Shown in pieces: positions 60,671 through 64,000 of a stretch of 64,000 nucleotides of DNA (the stretch's first letter is position 1; each line of letters opens with the position of its first letter). The DNA is from a virus (Duplodnaviria > Heunggongvirae > Uroviricota > Caudoviricetes): IMG/VR virus record IMGVR_UViG_3300005260_000047; one strand, 5' to 3'. Under the pieces are notes generated by a model. That model saw nothing but the letters and a program-made list of their open reading frames with translations, made no database searches and was not told the DNA's origin. Both the position numbers and the translations under genes were made by a program.

Positions 60671-62893
60671 GCCCGCCGCCGCGCCTTCGACGAACTTCTT
60701 GCGCTGCTCCTCCATCTCCGCAGGCAGCTTCTTGCCCATGATCTTGCGCAACTTGTCGGCGTCCGCCATCGAATACCCCGCCAGGTCACGCGCCACCTGC
60801 ATCACCTGCTCCTGATAGACAATCACGCCCGACGTGGACTTGAGCGCCGCTTCCATGTTCGGATGGTCGTAGTAGGGAGCTTTTGCCCCCTGCTTGATTT
60901 GCACGAAGTCTTCCATCAGGCCCGAATCCATCGGGCCAGGACGGTAGAGCGCGGTCGCCGCGGTAATATCTTCGAACGTCAGCCGGCCGCCCTGCGCCAA
61001 GTCGCGCAGCAGCTTTTTCATGCCAGGTGATTCGAACTGAAACACGCCGGTCGTGTCGCCACGACCGAAACTATCCATGATGTCCGGCTCTTCCAACGGC
61101 AGGCTGATGTACGAAATATTCCTGCCATGCCGATCCTTGATGTATTGACGGGCGATCTCCAGCACATCGAGTGTGGACAGCCCCAAAATATCCATCTTGA
61201 CCAAGCCCCAATCTTCCACTACGCGCTTATCCCAATTGACTACAGGAATGCCTTCCTCGTCGCGGGTCTCCAGCACGGCGCGGTTGATCAGCGGCTCGCC
61301 ACCGACCACCACACCGGCCGCATGCTTGGCAAACGCCCGCATGACGCCTTCGAGCTTGAGCGCGTGATTCCAGATTTCAGCATGCTCGTCGCGGAATTTC
61401 TCCAGCTCCGGCACGACTTTCGCCGATTCAGTCAGCGTGTAGGACTGACCATGCTCTTTCGGCACCAGCTTGGTTGCCGACAGCGTCAAGTTATCCAGCT
61501 CGTAGACGCGGCCCGCATCGCGCAGCGCGGAGGCTGACGCCAGCGTCGAGAAGTTCGAAATGCCCGCCACACGATCGGCGCCGTGTCGATCACGCAGGTA
61601 GTCAATCACCTCATGGCGGCGCGTGGACATGAAGTCCAGGTCGGCGTCGGGCAAGTCAAGGCGCTCCGGATTGATGAAACGCTCAAACAGCAAATCAAAG
61701 CGCAGCGGATCGACATCAGTAATGCCAACCAAGTAAGCGACCAGCGAGCCACCGACCGAACCACGGCCAGGGCCGACGATGATGCCGTTCTTCTTGGCCC
61801 ACATGACCAGATCCTCGACCAGCAGAAAGTAGCCGGCAAAGCCCATCTTTTTCAAGACCGCCAGCTCGTATTTCAGACGCTCCTGGTATTTGGGAATATC
61901 GGCAGCGTCAGGCTTGTAACCCAATATCGGCTGCGTAAAGCGGCGCTTCCAACCCTCGATGCATTTCTTGCCGAGCGCTTCGAATTCATTGGTCGCCATC
62001 TGCGGCAGCGAGACCGGCAGTTTCTTGAATTCATAGGTGCAGGCGGCGGCCAGCGTGTCGATGTTTTCGAGACCCTGCTTCCACAATGCTGCTTCATTAA
62101 CGCCATTCCATTTAACCTGACGCTTGTGCGCTTCGACCATTTTCTTGCCAAGATTGAGCGCTGGCTTGAAGCCAAAGTCGCGCACATGCTGGACGGGCCG
62201 GTAGCGCACCGACATTTTCGTGTTGGTCGTGATGGCATTCAATACCGACAGCGTGCCGGCATCAGCATCGTCCTGATACATGAATGGGTACGTGACCAGT
62301 GTCGGCAGACTACAATCCTTCGCTACCTTCAACGCCTTTGCGTTTAACGTATCAAAGAGTGGCGTATTAATTGGCGTCAGTTCCACATACAAGCGCTCAA
62401 AATTGCAGCGCAGCGCCGCGATCCGGTCGGGGTATTGCGGATGATGAAACAGATTGAAGAAGTCGCCAGTCGTGACCGCGACGCCCTCCAGCTCCAGCAC
62501 GTCCTTCCAGCCGACGCGAGAATGATAGTAGAAGTATTCCTTGCTATTGGCTTTGGACAAGAGCTTCAACAGGGAATTGATGCCGCGCTCGTCGGTGGCG
62601 TAGACCTTGATCATCACCAGCGGGTTCGGCTCTTCCTTGATGCCGGAAGATTTGGAAGGCTTGCGGTAGGTCGGATCATCCACCACGCGCAGCCGGCAGC
62701 CGATGATCGGCTTGATGCCGGCTTTCTTGCAGCGGTTGGAAAAATCAACCATATTGTGAATGGACATATCATCCACCAGCGCGACCGACTGATAGCTGTG
62801 CTTTTTCGCCTGCTCGATGATGTGATCCACCTGAAGCAGAGAATTGCCGACCGAGAAGTCAGAGCGCACCGATAAGGCGTGATTGATGTTCAT
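60539..62893 (-). CDS. dnaE: DNA polymerase III alpha (DnaE-type) N-terminal part (PHP, palm, thumb, fingers)
   Basis: PHP N-terminus; 'GPGRGSVGGSLVAYLVGIT', 'DPLRFDLLFERFINPER...PDADLDF' (catalytic Asp pair), 'KMDILGLSTL', 'GDTTGVFQFES', 'ALYRPGPM' and 'VYQEQVMQVA'. Confidence 0.9.
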   Translation of the reverse strand: MNINHALSVRSDFSVGNSLLQVDHIIEQAKKHSYQSVALVDDMSIHNMVDFSNRCKKAGIKPIIGCRLRVVDDPTYRKPSKSSGIKEEPNPLVMIKVYATDERGINSLLKLLSKANSKEYFYYHSRVGWKDVLELEGVAVTTGDFFNLFHHPQYPDRIAALRCNFERLYVELTPINTPLFDTLNAKALKVAKDCSLPTLVTYPFMYQDDADAGTLSVLNAITTNTKMSVRYRPVQHVRDFGFKPALNLGKKMVEAHKRQVKWNGVNEAALWKQGLENIDTLAAACTYEFKKLPVSLPQMATNEFEALGKKCIEGWKRRFTQPILGYKPDAADIPKYQERLKYELAVLKKMGFAGYFLLVEDLVMWAKKNGIIVGPGRGSVGGSLVAYLVGITDVDPLRFDLLFERFINPERLDLPDADLDFMSTRRHEVIDYLRDRHGADRVAGISNFSTLASASALRDAGRVYELDNLTLSATKLVPKEHGQSYTLTESAKVVPELEKFRDEHAEIWNHALKLEGVMRAFAKHAAGVVVGGEPLINRAVLETRDEEGIPVVNWDKRVVEDWGLVKMDILGLSTLDVLEIARQYIKDRHGRNISYISLPLEEPDIMDSFGRGDTTGVFQFESPGMKKLLRDLAQGGRLTFEDITAATALYRPGPMDSGLMEDFVQIKQGAKAPYYDHPNMEAALKSTSGVIVYQEQVMQVARDLAGYSMADADKLRKIMGKKLPAEMEEQRKKFVEGAAAGEIEVELEDGTIKRVHRSAKFMCVDGIKRTVETAIKDGVDISQW

Positions 62894-63123
62894 TTCAACA
62901 GGACTCCAATAGCAATACCGACAAGAATGATGATGTTAGCTACAGCGACTCGTCTGAGAAATGTTGATGCGCTGGCGCGACGACGCTCCTGGATCCGGCC
63001 GTCAGCATCACGGATAAACTCGACAGTTTCATCCCGCGTCTCTGCACTGAGGCGGGAAAGAAATACCGCCTGCTGTTTATTAAAACCCACCTTTAGGGCT
63101 TCTGCGTATGTGCCACCTTTCAT
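62890..63123 (-). CDS. Hypothetical protein with a C-terminal transmembrane helix
   Basis: 77 aa. Confidence 0.4.
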   Translation of the reverse strand: MKGGTYAEALKVGFNKQQAVFLSRLSAETRDETVEFIRDADGRIQERRRASASTFLRRVAVANIIILVGIAIGVLLK

Positions 63124-63377
63124 GTATTGTCCTCTTCAGTTGGTTGATACAGTTCCCATACCGCCAGCACGACGTAATAGCCGATTTGTGTCTCCGACGT
63201 GGATGTCGAAAACCCCGCATTCGTCGGCGGCACCGTGCCGGAAATCGAGCGCGATACTTCCACAATCTTCGACTCCCGCAAACGCCAGGGCCGTGCATCC
63301 GGCGTGGGTAATGGCTTCGTAATGCTTGCGACATCGAGCGGCGTTACGCTTGTTTGGTATTCATACATTTTGACCAC
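63120..63377 (-). CDS. Hypothetical protein
   Basis: 85 aa. Confidence 0.4.
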   Translation of the reverse strand: MVKMYEYQTSVTPLDVASITKPLPTPDARPWRLRESKIVEVSRSISGTVPPTNAGFSTSTSETQIGYYVVLAVWELYQPTEEDNT

Positions 63378-63990
63378 CGAGCGCAGGATTGAGAACGAAC
63401 TTGTCGCCCTCCATCTTCACAATGCCGAACGAAAACATCAGCGCGGCCGCCATCGCAACATGCGACGCTGCTGTGCCATCCGTCCAGTCCAGCTCTTGCA
63501 TCATTTGCGACTTGAGCGATGCTTTCGTGAAGCCGCCACTCAAAACCATGCTGCACACCACGCGCATGAATGTTGGCCCATTCGTAGCGAAGGGATTGAT
63601 GCCCTTCGGGAGTTCCTTGCGCATCGCATCAATCTTATTTGTCTTGCACAAGACGATCGCCTGCGCTTTCGTCTTTGAGCTTTTCTCGCCAATTTTCATG
63701 ACCACCGCCTGATCCGCGTCCGAGATGGAGAACGTCACGCGCTGCATGGTTGTCTTGCGCTCGACCGGCTTGGTGATCGGCTTTGGTTGCGCCACCGGAA
63801 TTGGTGACGACTCGACCGGCTGCGGCGCGACAGGCTTGGCGCGGGCGTCGGCGGCGCGCTTTCTGGCCGCCTGGTGACGCGCCAGCAGATCCGCAACATT
63901 GATGACCGACTTGATGGATTCGAGCGTCTTGAGCGCCGCATCGCCGCACTCCTTGAATGCCGCGCATGCCTGGCATACCTGCGAGTCCAT
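63361..63990 (-). CDS. Hypothetical protein (N-terminal Cys pair CQAC...C)
   Basis: 209 aa. Its start lies near the window end and may extend further. Confidence 0.45.
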   Translation of the reverse strand: MDSQVCQACAAFKECGDAALKTLESIKSVINVADLLARHQAARKRAADARAKPVAPQPVESSPIPVAQPKPITKPVERKTTMQRVTFSISDADQAVVMKIGEKSSKTKAQAIVLCKTNKIDAMRKELPKGINPFATNGPTFMRVVCSMVLSGGFTKASLKSQMMQELDWTDGTAASHVAMAAALMFSFGIVKMEGDKFVLNPALGGQNV

Positions 63991-64000
63991 ACTGTAGACG

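Noticed and set aside
1-64000. Integrase/repressor/attachment site (temperate lifestyle) and tRNA genes
   Set aside because: No tyrosine or serine recombinase motifs, CI-like repressor, or tRNA-like sequences were recognised in this window. Lifestyle cannot be decided from this segment.

Overview
This 64-kb window reads as a contiguous segment of a high-GC tailed-phage (or prophage) genome. Almost all genes lie on the minus strand. The low-coordinate end carries the start of the DNA-packaging/structural module: a partial portal-like gene that runs off the window, the large terminase (TerL), and the small terminase (TerS). A late-promoter-like region sits upstream of this module.

The remaining ~60 kb is a dense array of early/middle genes:
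- two ParB-N-domain proteins;
- a plus-strand insert bounded by a terminator, carrying an SF2 DEAD/DEAH helicase and a DUF2493/SLOG protein;
- dozens of small hypotheticals;
- a release-factor-like protein with GGQ changed to GGG, a prepilin-like peptide, and a DnaQ-like exonuclease;
- an SPFH lipoprotein, an RtcB RNA ligase with an adjacent LAGLIDADG endonuclease, a P-loop kinase and ThyX;
- class Ia RNR (NrdAB), a RuvC-like resolvase, an HD hydrolase, SbcCD, a SleB-like hydrolase, a UvsX/RecA-like recombinase, a FEN/5'-3' exonuclease and a gp32-like Zn-SSB;
- a DnaE-type DNA polymerase III alpha gene split by an HNH homing-endonuclease insertion.

Three further free-standing HNH genes are present. 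No tRNA gene, rRNA, CRISPR array or integrase was recognised.

The main non-coding signal is a palindromic element, AAGTCA-N4-TGACTT, repeated at more than 25 intergenic sites. It is typically embedded in or abutting sigma70-like -35/-10 hexamers, which suggests a phage-wide operator/promoter network.

Other notable non-coding structure:
- a duplicated late-promoter-like block with CTTGGG direct repeats at two loci;
- a promoter followed immediately by a terminator upstream of terS;
- a 650-bp non-coding region with CATACGAT tandem repeats;
- large perfect palindromes;
- an AT-rich island.
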